Shown here in pieces: positions 1-10,119 of a stretch of 64,000 bases of DNA. The DNA comes from Deltaproteobacteria bacterium (GTDB lineage Bacteria; Myxococcota_A; Polyangia; Polyangiales; Houyiibacteriaceae): contig SHLP01000003.1 in assembly GCA_004283055.1 (NCBI GenBank), positions 35,282 to 99,281 on the forward strand, read 5' to 3'. The notes beneath the pieces are model-generated. The model was not told where the DNA came from. It saw nothing but the letters and a program-made list of their open reading frames with translations, and did no database searches. The number at the start of each line of letters is the position of its first letter. The stretch's first letter is position 1. Position numbers and translations under genes: made by a program.

Positions 1-3000
1 CAGCGTGGGCGTATCGGCGCCGGCATCGATGCGGGAATCGGTGAGCGCCGCCAGCGCGTCGAGTCGCCCCTCGCTCTGGTAGAGCCCGGCCAGGCGTCGG
101 TACACATCGAGGTAACGGATGTCGCACTTCGAGGCCGCAACCCAGGCATCGACAGCGCGATGCGGGTCTCCAAGCTCCTTTTCGAAGATGCACGCAGCCT
201 CCCGCCAGAGTGACGCGGCGCGGTGACTGTCCTTCGCCTGGCTCGCGGCGTCCTGGTAGACGGCGGCTGCGTCTTCCCAGCGCCCCGCCGCGCGCAAGAG
301 CCCAGCCTCGACCTCCCGCGCGAGCGGGTGCTCGCTCGCTTCGTCCAAGCGCTCGAGCGCGTTTTCCGGGGCTCCCATCCGCTGCAGCACCCGGGCGGCA
401 TCGAGCGCGAGGGCGCCGCGTTCCAGGTCGTCCTCGACGGCCGCTTGCAGAGCGAGGAGCGCTTGAAGACTGAGCATGTGCTCGCTCTTCGCATAGGCCG
501 CACCCAGCACCTGTCGGGCCAGGCCCGGGTCCGTCTCGAGCGCGTCGTCGACCCCGCACAGCCATCGATCGAGATCGGATCGCAGAATGTCGGGGTCGGC
601 CTGGAGCAGCTCGAGATGGAGGCGATGCCTAGCCAAGCGGTCCGGCGAATCCTCCGGGAGAGCCCGTAAGACCCGTCGAGCGCTCGAACGGATGCGTTCG
701 GTGTCGTTCTCCCGGAGCGCGTCCCATTCGAGGGCGCGCGCGGTAGGGATGTGGTCGGGGCGAAGCTCGGCGATCGATTGAAGCGACAGGCGAGCGCTTT
801 GCATGTCGTTCTGCACGAGTCGATCGACTTCAGCCATCGCCGCAAACGCACGGAGACGCTCGGTCTCGCCCGTGGCATCGCGCACGCGGTTCATCGCGCG
901 ATCGGACAGGCGCGCAAATTCCGATGCTTCGAGCTCCGCTTGCTCTCGCTGGACCCAAAGCGTCTCGTCGTCCGGCTTTCCGGTCGAGGCTTCTCGCAGC
1001 AACCGAGCGGCTCGGGCTCCGCGGCCGGCTGCTCGATAGGACGCTGCGGCACGCTCTAGGTACTCGGGCATCCCGAGACGACACGCCGCCAGCTCCATGA
1101 GCTCCCCGGCCGTTTCCGTCTCCCTTCCGCCTGCCTCGATCAGGTGTTCGACGAGGAGCGGATCAGGGGTGGCCCGGTCTAGCGCTGCTTCCGCATAGGC
1201 GAGACGGTCTTGGCCGGACGACGCCCACATCGACGCACGAAGCCAGCTCTCGGCGTGCCCAGTCGTGCCAATCGCCGATTGTCGGGCCGCGCTCGTTGCT
1301 CTGGCTTCGTCGTCGCCAAGTCGGTCTTCTAGCTCCCAAAGGGCGGGAGGGTAATCGGCGACCTGCGCCAACGCAGCTTCGCACGCGCTTCTCGCTTCGG
1401 GAGAGCCCGGCTCCGCGAGCCTCGCGGCCATCGTGAAAGCAAAGGCGCTGCGCGCGTCAGATGCGGCGCTCCCCTCTTCCAGCCAGCGGCGCGCGCTCCG
1501 CTCGGGGTCCTCGTCTTCAAGCAGCAGCGCTCGGCCGATCATCGCATCGCCCGGCACCCGCTCCTCGGCGCGAAGCAATGCCGGTTCACGGTCGAGGATT
1601 CCACAGACAGCGCCCATGTCGGCGACGGCGAGCGCTGCACCCGCTGCCAACCCATCGGGTGCGTGATCGAGCTCCGCTTCGAGCGCCGCGAGGAAGGCTG
1701 CACCATCCCGAACGCGTGCGGCTTCGTCCGCTCCGAGCATGTTCGCCGCGACGCTGGCTTCACCTCTGGGGATCGGTTCGAGCAATCGCGAGACCTGGAC
1801 TTCCTCGCCTGCTTCCGGCCCGAGGAGCCGCCTCGAGGCTTGCGCGTAGGCGTGCAAGCGGGGCTCTTGTTGCGCTGCCCGGGAGGCGATCTCGAAGCTC
1901 TCTCGGTCGCCGCGCTCCGCATGAATCCGGGCGCATCGACCGGAGGCGAGTGATCGCGTTTCCGGAGTGCCGTTGGTCGCGCACACGGAAAACGCATCCA
2001 TTGCGCTCTGGGTGTCTCCCCCGAGGGCGGCTGATTCGGCACGCGTCCACAGAGAGGCCGTGTCATCGGCGTCCTCGAGGATCGCGACCGCCTCCTCCGA
2101 AGAGTCACCGCCGCGGCCGAGGCCCGCAGCGGTTCGGCGAAGAGCAGAGGCGAGCTCCCTCGGGGCCTGAGCCGCAGCCGTAAGCAGCGCGCCCTTCGCC
2201 GCGTCTATCTCACCAAGCCCGCGGCTCGTGCGAACGACCCCGAGATGCGCTGCGAGCCGCGCGGGCCGAAGCTCGAGTACGCTGCGGTATCTGCTTCTCG
2301 CATGTTCGAGCGAGCCCGCCTTCTCTTTGAGCTCGGCCGCATGGAGGAGCAGCATCGCGGCGGCGTCATCATCGGGCCAGAGCTTCGCCGCCGCGCCAAG
2401 GGCTTCCGCGGCGCGCCCTGCATCGTCGCGCGCCAGCCGAGCGGAAGCCAGCAGCAGGCAGGCGACGAAGTCATCCTCTCGAAGCTCGACTGCGTGTGCG
2501 GCGGCCTGTTCCGCCGCGGCAGGATCGTGAAGCTTGGAGAGCTGGATACGGGCGAGCAGGTTGAGCGCAGAGGCTCGATCGGCGGCGCTGAGATCAAGGC
2601 CGGCCTCCTTTTCCAGAGCCTCTGCAGCGGCACCCCAGTCACCGCTCCGCATTGCAAGCCGTCGAAGCGCTCGCAGGACGACGACGTCGCGGGCGTCGGC
2701 GGACAGCGCCTGGGCGTAGTGGCGGCCGGCGGCATCGTAGGCCTCGAGCCGCTCGCACAGCTCCCCCGCGGAGGTCAAAAGCCGCGCGCACGCCGAGCCA
2801 ACGGCGCGTCGTCCAAGTGCCTCCAGAAGCTTCACTCGCCGCTTCATCGCCTCAGGTGTCTCGCCAACCAGTGGCAGGGCCTCTTCGCGCGGCCTGCGCT
2901 CGAGGAGCGTTCGCTGCGCGGCGAGTGCGCCCGGGTCGGAGGGGTCCGGAGGATGGCTCGTACGCTTCGCCAGAGCTGCGCCCTGCATTTCTACGAAGGA

Positions 3001-3090
3001 GTCGAGCAGATCGGCGATCGCTTCGTCATCGATCTCGAACGCCAGCGGCTCCGATTCGCGGCTCGCTCCAGACACGTCGTCCTCAGCCAT
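1..3090 (-). CDS. Giant TPR/alpha-solenoid protein (>1030 aa, runs off the left edge of the window)
   Basis: Absent from the ORF track because no stop lies in the window. ATG at 3090 (MAEDDVSGASRESEPLAFEIDD...) overlaps the upstream stop by 8 nt. The same frame reads helical TPR-like sequence at the edge (IRYLDVYRRLAGLYQSEGRLDALAAL), and the track has no stopped ORF in this frame. Confidence 0.8.
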   Translation of the reverse strand, partial: MAEDDVSGASRESEPLAFEIDDEAIADLLDSFVEMQGAALAKRTSHPPDPSDPGALAAQRTLLERRPREEALPLVGETPEAMKRRVKLLEALGRRAVGSACARLLTSAGELCERLEAYDAAGRHYAQALSADARDVVVLRALRRLAMRSGDWGAAAEALEKEAGLDLSAADRASALNLLARIQLSKLHDPAAAEQAAAHAVELREDDFVACLLLASARLARDDAGRAAEALGAAAKLWPDDDAAAMLLLHAAELKEKAGSLEHARSRYRSVLELRPARLAAHLGVVRTSRGLGEIDAAKGALLTAAAQAPRELASALRRTAAGLGRGGDSSEEAVAILEDADDTASLWTRAESAALGGDTQSAMDAFSVCATNGTPETRSLASGRCARIHAERGDRESFEIASRAAQQEPRLHAYAQASRRLLGPEAGEEVQVSRLLEPIPRGEASVAANMLGADEAARVRDGAAFLAALEAELDHAPDGLAAGAALAVADMGAVCGILDREPALLRAEERVPGDAMIGRALLLEDEDPERSARRWLEEGSAASDARSAFAFTMAARLAEPGSPEARSACEAALAQVADYPPALWELEDRLGDDEARATSAARQSAIGTTGHAESWLRASMWASSGQDRLAYAEAALDRATPDPLLVEHLIEAGGRETETAGELMELAACRLGMPEYLERAAASYRAAGRGARAARLLREASTGKPDDETLWVQREQAELEASEFARLSDRAMNRVRDATGETERLRAFAAMAEVDRLVQNDMQSARLSLQSIAELRPDHIPTARALEWDALRENDTERIRSSARRVLRALPEDSPDRLARHRLHLELLQADPDILRSDLDRWLCGVDDALETDPGLARQVLGAAYAKSEHMLSLQALLALQAAVEDDLERGALALDAARVLQRMGAPENALERLDEASEHPLAREVEAGLLRAAGRWEDAAAVYQDAASQAKDSHRAASLWREAACIFEKELGDPHRAVDAWVAASKCDIRYLDVYRRLAGLYQSEGRLDALAALTDSRIDAGADTPTL

Positions 3091-6000
3091 CTCTCCTCCA
3101 GAGCGGGGAGTCCGCGTCGAGCAAGAAGCGGACGAGATCGAGGCCCCGAGAGGAACTCCTGAGGGCGTCCAAATTTACCTGATGGCGCTGCAGCACGGCG
3201 AGCCCGGCGTCGATTTCCCCGGACGCCAGGAGTCCGGCTCGGTCGGCGCTGCGCTGCAGGCCCCTGGCGTGCGCGAGAAGGGACGATGCGCGAATTTGGG
3301 TGGCGCCAACCGCTTGTTGCACGGCTTTGCGCGCGGCACGCTTCAAGCTCACGGCGGTCGCGGGGAGGGGCGGATCTCCGGCCTCTACCCCGCAGCGCGA
3401 GACGCGGAGAACCTCCAAAAGCGTCCCGGCGGCTTGTTCGGCCGACCCGTTGAGGAGCTGGGCAGCCCCGCGCGGTGCGGCCCAGGCGAGTCGGCCGGCG
3501 AGGAAGCGCCCCGTTGGATCGAGCCCCGCTCGTGCGCGCTCGGGCACGACCCAGCGAACTTCACCGCTGCGGCTCGTCCGAGCGACCGGTGCTCGGAGCT
3601 CGCCCGAGATTTCGACGGAGCCGATCCTGGCGCCAAAGCGTGCGGAGAGCTGCTCGAGCTCGGCGTAGATTGGCTCGCTGGAGGTTACCTTCTTCGCACG
3701 AAGCCGATCGCCGTCGAGACCGATGCCAGCGCGCAAGACCAGCTCCTCGAGCACCGGATCCGCATTCGGATCCCAGATCGCAGCCATCGAGACCCCGCTC
3801 AGGTCCACGCGGTCCTCCTCGACCGGTTCCGCAAGGCCCAAGGCCCGCCGCACGGCCCGGGCGGCGGCCGCACGCGCGCCGTGGCCACGCCATGCGGCAG
3901 CGGTCCGAAGTGCTTCGAGAAGCGATGCGTCGAGCTCGCCGGAGTCGATCAGAGACCAGACGGCGGCTTCGTAGCGCGCGACGGCGGTCTCAACCTCCGT
4001 TTGGTCAACGAGCTCGACCAGGCCCGAAATCGCGGCCTGGTTGGCCGGCTCTGCGTCGAGGGCGCGTCGATAGGCGTCGGCCGCCGCTTCCGGCCGGCCG
4101 AGCTCGATTTCGAGTGCGGCGATTCGTGTCCAGGTTTCCGCATCGGTGAGCCCGAGCGCTTCGACGGCTCTCAGCTCATCGAGGGCCTCGGCCTTCGCGC
4201 CAAGCTGGTTTTCGAGGAAGCCGGCCGCGCCAAGGTGCGCAACGCGCCGCTGAGCGTCGGGAATGCTCGCGCGGGACAGACGCTGCAAGCAGTCGACCGC
4301 CTCGGCCCATTGTTTGAGCGAGGCGTGCACCTCTGCAGCCATGGCAAGCGCGCCCGGGTGGGCCGGATCGCTGGTGAACAGCTCTTCGAGCACTTCGAGC
4401 GCGCCCGGACGATCGCTGACTCCCCGCAGAAGGCGCGCACGGTCGTAGAGCAGGTCGAGTCGATCCTTGGGGCCGCCAAGCGCGAGCCGATCCGCGACGA
4501 GCACTTCGAGCGCCTCCGTATCCTCCTGTGCGACGAAGAGGTCGCGAAGCCGCCGAAAGGCAAGCTCGCGACTGGGGTCCTCCTCGAGCGCGCGTCGAAA
4601 GAGGTCCTCCGCCTGTTGATACTGCTCGAGGTAGTCCATCCGCACCACGCCCGCTTCTTCCAAGAGGTCGCCCCTCAGCGATTCCTCGACGAAAGGCGCG
4701 AGTCGTTCACAGGCTTGCGCGACCAGTGGCCAGTCGCCGGCCTGCCGTGCTGCAGATCGCAGGGTCTCCCACAGCGCTAGATCGTCGGGGCGCTCATCGA
4801 TCGCATTGCTCAGAAGAACGACCGCCTCCGCGCCTCGATCGGCTTCGACCAGGGCACGGCAATGCGCTGCGTCGAGCGCCACGCGACCGACCGCCCCGCT
4901 GTGCGCCAGCTTCTGCACCAGAGCATGCACGCGCAGCGCGGCGTCGTCATTCGGAGAGAGCACCTCGTCGATCGCTATCGCGGCGTCGGGCAGGAGCGCT
5001 GAAAGAGAGTCGGCTTCCTGGGCAAGCATGAACAACTCGTCCGCAGCATCGTCTCCTCGGGCGATACCCGAGGCCCGAAGCCCCTGAAGGAACGCCCCCG
5101 CGCGCAGGGCCTCGGTCGGTGCGACAGCGGCCAGACGAAGCCACGCGTCGCCTGCGGACGAGCCCTCTTGGCCGAGCGATGCGCGGAGTGCAGCGTACGC
5201 TGTAGCAAAACCGTCGGTGTCTGCCGCTACCGCGACCTGCGCGTCGGCCAGGAGCTCTTCGGCAGCCGTTCGCTGGTCGACCTCGCTGTGCTTGACGGGC
5301 AGTGATAGGATCGAGACGGCCGCTGCGAGGGCGGTGCTGGGGTGCTCGAGCGCACGCTCGTAGGACTGGGACGCACCGAGATCATCGCCGAGCTCCAAGG
5401 CATCGGAGTAGAGGAGGGCGAACAGCTCGGCCACGCCTCCACCGAGGCTGCTGTTCGAGAGGGACGCGTAGGCGCGCGTAGCCGAGTTCGCATCTCCCTG
5501 AGCGCGCGCGAGATCGAGAAGCGCGAGCGCGGCGGACTCGGAGTCCGGTGCATCCTCCAGAGCTTGCTCATACGCCTGGCGGGCTGCGGATCGATTCCCG
5601 ATCCGCTCGGCGGTCGCCCCCGCAAGAAGCAGTGAGAGCTCTCCGAGCGCCGTCGTGGAATTCGCCTCGGAATGTTCCCGCACCAACGAGACGACCTCCT
5701 CGGGACGGCCTCCTTCTCGCAAAATCGCGTCGAGCAGCGAAAGAACGCACCCGTCGTTTGGAGCCGTCTCGAGAGCGGACCGCACCACGCGCTCGGCGGC
5801 TCCCCAGTCTCCGCCTTGCGCGTAAGCCTGTCCCGCTGCGCAGAGGTGTCCGACGCGACGATCTCCCGACGCACTCTCCGCGCCCTGCTCGTGAGCTCTG
5901 GCCAGCAACCCCGCGTCGCCTCTCCAAGCGGCCTGTGCCCGTGCGAGGGCTGGCGCCCAGGCGCGATGGTCCGAGTCTGCAAGGGCGTCTCGAAGGACTC

Positions 6001-7504
6001 GATCGGCGTCTTCCTCTCTGTGAAACCTGTGCCGCAAGAGATTGTATTTGGCGCATTCGAGCGCAGCGCGTTCATCGGGCTCGATGTCGCTTTGCATCAG
6101 CTCATCGAGACGGATGAGAACCGCCTCCGGCCGCTTTGCGCGCATCGCCGCGCCCAAAGCTTCTCGGGTGATCGCAGCCTTCGAGGTCGTGGAGGCTTCG
6201 ATCGCGGAGCTGTAGAGGTCCTGGCTGTTCTCCGAGCTGGCGGCGTCGGAGCTGCACAGCTGTGCGGCCCTCCAGACGAGCTGAGCCCGTGTCTCGCCTT
6301 CGGCGAGCCCGGCCGCCTGTCGGTAGGCTTCGGCACGCTCTGTGTTGCGCGCCCCGCGGATCAGCGCCACGTCGAGCGCCGCTCGCGCGTAGCTCGAATC
6401 GGGGAACCTATTCGCCGCGTCGCGAAGTATTTCCAACGCGCTTTCGATCTCATCGCTCGACCGTGCGAGCCGTAGCTCGTGCGCGACGAACGCCGGGTCC
6501 TCGGGGGCCATCGATCGGAACCAGCTCGATGCGCTCTCAGCCGCCGCCGCGTCGCCAAGACGCTCGGCGGTGAGAAGGGACTGCAATCGGAGGAGCCGGC
6601 TCTGGGGCATCCATCGCAGAGCCGATTCGAGGTAGCCCGCTGCCGCGCCGGCGTCATCGAGATGCCCGGCACTGCAAGTCGCCGCTTCCTGCCACAGGAG
6701 CGCCGCCATCGGTCGACGCGCGCCCTCCGGGACCGAAAGGCTAAGCGGGTCAGGCGAGCCGCTCTGCTCGATTGCCGCTTCGAGCAGCCGAGCCATCGAG
6801 GTCAGGGCATGGACGAGCTCATTCCAGCGCTGGTGCGCGCGAGCGGTATGAGCCTGCAGTGACCGCGCCTGCCAAACGACTTCATCGCACTCGCAGGCCC
6901 GCTCGAGGGCAGCAAGGGCCTCCTCTGGCTTGCTCGCCCTGAGCTCGTGTAATGCGATGTCAATCCAAAGCGCGGCACTCAAGATGGGATCGGCGGCGTG
7001 CTTCGCCTGCGTAAGCATCGCATCCCGAACCGCGCCGTCATCACCCCGCGCTTCCGCCAGCCATTCGAGAATGAGCGCAGGCACCGCAGGCTCTACAGAG
7101 CGAGAAATCGCCTCGCGCAGGAGGGACGCCCAATCTGCGGACTGCATGGCCAAATCTACCAGAGCGGCGCTGCTCAGCGCAGGGCTCGTGGCTCGCGCGA
7201 CCTGCTCCGAACGAAGCGCGTGCAGATCGTAGCCATTCCTCGCGCGCTCTGCGATCCGCAGCTGCGCGATGAGCGCCGGCTGGAATCCTGGGGCGACCGT
7301 GTGCGACTGCTGGTACTGCTCCATCGCCTCGGAAGCGAGCTCGAGCTCGTGCTCGTACAGCGCTCCGACTTCGTAGAGAATGGCCGCCCTCGCTCGTGGC
7401 TCCGTCACTGCGTCGAGCTCGCGCCGCAGGTTGGCAATGCGCAGCTCAACGAGGTCGCGCCTGCGCCCGCTCTCACCCTGGCCCATGGGCGCCCTTTCGA
7501 TCAT
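3083..7504 (-). CDS. Giant TPR-repeat protein (1473 aa)
   Basis: Long Ala/Leu/Glu/Arg-rich ORF with repeated TPR-like units (AARQAYEQALEDAP, AEDLFRRALEEDP, AAADAYRRALDAEP). Start may be 7486. Confidence 0.8.
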   Translation of the reverse strand: MIERAPMGQGESGRRRDLVELRIANLRRELDAVTEPRARAAILYEVGALYEHELELASEAMEQYQQSHTVAPGFQPALIAQLRIAERARNGYDLHALRSEQVARATSPALSSAALVDLAMQSADWASLLREAISRSVEPAVPALILEWLAEARGDDGAVRDAMLTQAKHAADPILSAALWIDIALHELRASKPEEALAALERACECDEVVWQARSLQAHTARAHQRWNELVHALTSMARLLEAAIEQSGSPDPLSLSVPEGARRPMAALLWQEAATCSAGHLDDAGAAAGYLESALRWMPQSRLLRLQSLLTAERLGDAAAAESASSWFRSMAPEDPAFVAHELRLARSSDEIESALEILRDAANRFPDSSYARAALDVALIRGARNTERAEAYRQAAGLAEGETRAQLVWRAAQLCSSDAASSENSQDLYSSAIEASTTSKAAITREALGAAMRAKRPEAVLIRLDELMQSDIEPDERAALECAKYNLLRHRFHREEDADRVLRDALADSDHRAWAPALARAQAAWRGDAGLLARAHEQGAESASGDRRVGHLCAAGQAYAQGGDWGAAERVVRSALETAPNDGCVLSLLDAILREGGRPEEVVSLVREHSEANSTTALGELSLLLAGATAERIGNRSAARQAYEQALEDAPDSESAALALLDLARAQGDANSATRAYASLSNSSLGGGVAELFALLYSDALELGDDLGASQSYERALEHPSTALAAAVSILSLPVKHSEVDQRTAAEELLADAQVAVAADTDGFATAYAALRASLGQEGSSAGDAWLRLAAVAPTEALRAGAFLQGLRASGIARGDDAADELFMLAQEADSLSALLPDAAIAIDEVLSPNDDAALRVHALVQKLAHSGAVGRVALDAAHCRALVEADRGAEAVVLLSNAIDERPDDLALWETLRSAARQAGDWPLVAQACERLAPFVEESLRGDLLEEAGVVRMDYLEQYQQAEDLFRRALEEDPSRELAFRRLRDLFVAQEDTEALEVLVADRLALGGPKDRLDLLYDRARLLRGVSDRPGALEVLEELFTSDPAHPGALAMAAEVHASLKQWAEAVDCLQRLSRASIPDAQRRVAHLGAAGFLENQLGAKAEALDELRAVEALGLTDAETWTRIAALEIELGRPEAAADAYRRALDAEPANQAAISGLVELVDQTEVETAVARYEAAVWSLIDSGELDASLLEALRTAAAWRGHGARAAAARAVRRALGLAEPVEEDRVDLSGVSMAAIWDPNADPVLEELVLRAGIGLDGDRLRAKKVTSSEPIYAELEQLSARFGARIGSVEISGELRAPVARTSRSGEVRWVVPERARAGLDPTGRFLAGRLAWAAPRGAAQLLNGSAEQAAGTLLEVLRVSRCGVEAGDPPLPATAVSLKRAARKAVQQAVGATQIRASSLLAHARGLQRSADRAGLLASGEIDAGLAVLQRHQVNLDALRSSSRGLDLVRFLLDADSPLWRRDG

Positions 7505-7517
7505 CCTCCGCCCACGA

Positions 7518-8279
7518 CTAGGTAACGGTCCAACCGCCGTCGATGACCATTACGTCTCCTGTGAGGTAGTTCGATTCGTCAGAAGCCAAGAAGACCGCGC
7601 CTCCGGCGATGTCGCGCGGCTGTCCCACGCGTCCCAGAGCCGTCTTGTTGACGATGCTGGATCGGATCTCATCGTTGTCGACCAAGACCTGTGCGAACTT
7701 GGTTTCGATCAGCCCGGGTGCGATCGCATTGACGCGAATCCCGGCTGCCCCGAGCTCCATCGCCAAAGTCCTCGTCATCGAGATCACGGCGGATTTGGTC
7801 ATGGCGTAGACACCTTGCATCGGCGCGCCCATGAGGCCGACGACGCTGGCAATGTTGACAATCGACCCTTTCGCTTTGCGCTGCTGCAGGTGGCCGGCGA
7901 CGAGCTGGATCATTCCGAAGTAGCCCTTCACGTTGACCTCGAAGGTCTTGTCCCAGGCCGCTTCGTCGACACCGAGCATCGGTCCGAAGTGCGGGTTGGT
8001 CGCCGCGTTGTTTACCAGGATGTCGACCTTGCCATAGGCTTGGAGCGCCTGTTCCAGCATGTCTTCCCGCTGGCCTCTGTGGCCGACGTGGCACGCGATC
8101 GGCGTTGCATCGCCGCCCTGCGCCACGATTTCCTCGGCTACGCCCTTCAGGCCGTCGATCTTCCGAGAGACGAGGACTACCTTGGCACCTTCCTCCGCCA
8201 TGAAGCCGGCAATGGCGGCTCCGATCCCCCGGCTTGCTCCTGTCACGATCGCCACTTTGTCTCGTAGGCGCTCACCCAT
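7518..8279 (-). CDS. Short-chain dehydrogenase/reductase (FabG-like/DHRS4-like)
   Basis: TGASRGIG, NNAA and YAMTK motifs; ATG 8279 preceded by GGAGG. Confidence 0.9.
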   Translation of the reverse strand: MGERLRDKVAIVTGASRGIGAAIAGFMAEEGAKVVLVSRKIDGLKGVAEEIVAQGGDATPIACHVGHRGQREDMLEQALQAYGKVDILVNNAATNPHFGPMLGVDEAAWDKTFEVNVKGYFGMIQLVAGHLQQRKAKGSIVNIASVVGLMGAPMQGVYAMTKSAVISMTRTLAMELGAAGIRVNAIAPGLIETKFAQVLVDNDEIRSSIVNKTALGRVGQPRDIAGGAVFLASDESNYLTGDVMVIDGGWTVT

Positions 8280-8411
8280 GTCGTCCCCTCCTTTGGTTCG
8301 ACACGTATAGCGCTCTGCGGGGTGGTTTTGCCAGCGCGATCTGCACGAGACTTGCGCGCTCGCGCTCCTGGGCAAGACTAGGCCGTTCTTCGTTTCGCCG
8401 AAGAGGTTGTC

Positions 8412-9404
8412 CTGACGCTGTTCCAAGCCATAGCCGCAATCATCGCGGGTTTCGTCGCCGTGGTCTGGGGCGCCGATCGCTTCGTGTACGGAGCCGCGGG
8501 GCTGGCGAGCAATCTCGGTGTCAGCCGCCTCGTCATCGGGCTGACCGTCGTGGCATTTGGCACCTCGGCGCCCGAAATGTTGGTCTCGGCGATGGCCGCG
8601 TTGGCCGGCAGCCGCGAGATCGGCGTCGGCAACGCCGTCGGCTCCAACATCACCAATGTGACGCTCGTTCTGGGCGCAGCCGCGCTGGTTCGGCCGCTCA
8701 GCATCCACTCTCGCCTACTGATTCGAGAAATCCCTGTCTTGTTTCTCAGCATGGCCGTCGCCTGGGCTTTTCTGTGGGACGGAGAGCTCAGCCGCTTGGA
8801 GGGCGTTCTCCTAATCGTTGGAATGTTCCTCTTGATCGCCTGGATCGGGACGCAAGGCCGTAAGGCGGACCCGGGGTACAGCGATCCTCCCCCGGACGCC
8901 TTCGTCGACGATGACATCCCCGACGCGCTGCCCACCGCCAAGGCGATTGTTCTTTTCTCGGTCGGTCTGGTCCTCCTGCTCGCCGGCTCGCGCGTTTTGG
9001 TCTGGGGAGCGATCGGGATCGCGCGGGACCTCGGCGTCAGCGAGCTGGTGGTCGGTCTGACGCTCGTTGCTCTCGGGACGAGTCTTCCCGAGCTGGCGGC
9101 TTCGGTGGCGGCCGCTCGCCGGGGAGAGCAAGACATCGCGGTTGGCAACGTGGTGGGGTCCAACATGTTCAACCTGCTCGGCGTGCTTGCGCTCCCAGGC
9201 ATCATCGCTCCCGGCGAGGTCGACCGCGCGATCATCGTCCGTGACTTCCCCCTGATGGTGGGTGTGACGCTGCTACTTCTCTTGATGGCGGTGAACGAGC
9301 GCAGCCGCATCGGCCGAAAGCGCGGGACGACGCTGATCCTCGTCTTCATTGCCTATTTCGTGGTGCTCTTTTGGAATCCCTCGCTGCCCTCGCTTCCGGG
9401 CTGA
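8412..9404 (+). CDS. Calcium/sodium antiporter, YrbG/CaCA family
   Basis: Two alpha repeats GTSAPE...GNAVGSN and GTSLPE...GNVVGSN. Probable CTG start at 8412 after GAGG (track start 8460). Confidence 0.88.
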   Translation: MTLFQAIAAIIAGFVAVVWGADRFVYGAAGLASNLGVSRLVIGLTVVAFGTSAPEMLVSAMAALAGSREIGVGNAVGSNITNVTLVLGAAALVRPLSIHSRLLIREIPVLFLSMAVAWAFLWDGELSRLEGVLLIVGMFLLIAWIGTQGRKADPGYSDPPPDAFVDDDIPDALPTAKAIVLFSVGLVLLLAGSRVLVWGAIGIARDLGVSELVVGLTLVALGTSLPELAASVAAARRGEQDIAVGNVVGSNMFNLLGVLALPGIIAPGEVDRAIIVRDFPLMVGVTLLLLLMAVNERSRIGRKRGTTLILVFIAYFVVLFWNPSLPSLPG

Positions 9405-10000
9405 GCGACACGGGCCCAGACCAGTGTCATGTTGTTGGCCGGCATGGGCACACTGTCCCGCAGCTCGAAGCCGGTGCGCTCCGCCAGCCCTCGGAGCTGA
9501 TCGATGTCCCGAATGCCCCAGCGCGGGTTGCGTGACCGAAGACTCTCGTCGAAGGCTGCGTTGCTAGGCGCACTGTGCTCGCCATGAAGCCGGTAAGGGC
9601 CGTAGGTCACCAGCGGCGAGCCGCTCTCTAGCAGCACGCTCGCGCCCTCGAAGAGGCGCTCGGTGGTCTCCCAGGGGGAGATGTGGATCATGTTGACGCA
9701 AAGCAAGGCGTCCGCCCTCGGGATCGGCCATCGAGGCCAGCAGACGTCGAGCTCGATCGGAGGCAAGAGGTTCTCGCGAGCGGAATCCTCGACCCAGGCG
9801 CGAATGCTGCGCAGGGCATCGTCCGATGCATCGCTCGGCTGCCAGCTCAGGTGGGACAGATGCTCCGCGAAGAAGATGGCGTGCTGACCGGTGCCGCTAG
9901 CGATTTCGAGAACGAGCCCGTTCGGCGGCAGCACACGGCGAAGAACGTCGAGAATGGGTTGCCGATTGCGTTCGGCGGCTGGCGCAAAACCCTTTGCCAT
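9353..10000 (-). CDS. DUF938 family SAM-dependent methyltransferase
   Basis: APAAERNRQPIL, VLEIASGTGQH, NMIHISPW, YGPY and MPANN motifs. Confidence 0.88.
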   Translation of the reverse strand: MAKGFAPAAERNRQPILDVLRRVLPPNGLVLEIASGTGQHAIFFAEHLSHLSWQPSDASDDALRSIRAWVEDSARENLLPPIELDVCWPRWPIPRADALLCVNMIHISPWETTERLFEGASVLLESGSPLVTYGPYRLHGEHSAPSNAAFDESLRSRNPRWGIRDIDQLRGLAERTGFELRDSVPMPANNMTLVWARVAQPGSEGSEGFQKSTTK

Positions 10001-10119
10001 CGCGCTTGCATAGCCCATAACTTCCCGTCATCGAAGTCGACCGCGAGGACTGGAAGGGAACGCTGGGCTGGCGGCTCATCGTCACGCTGTGTCTTGCCAC
10101 GCCTTGGCTGGCCCGCGCC

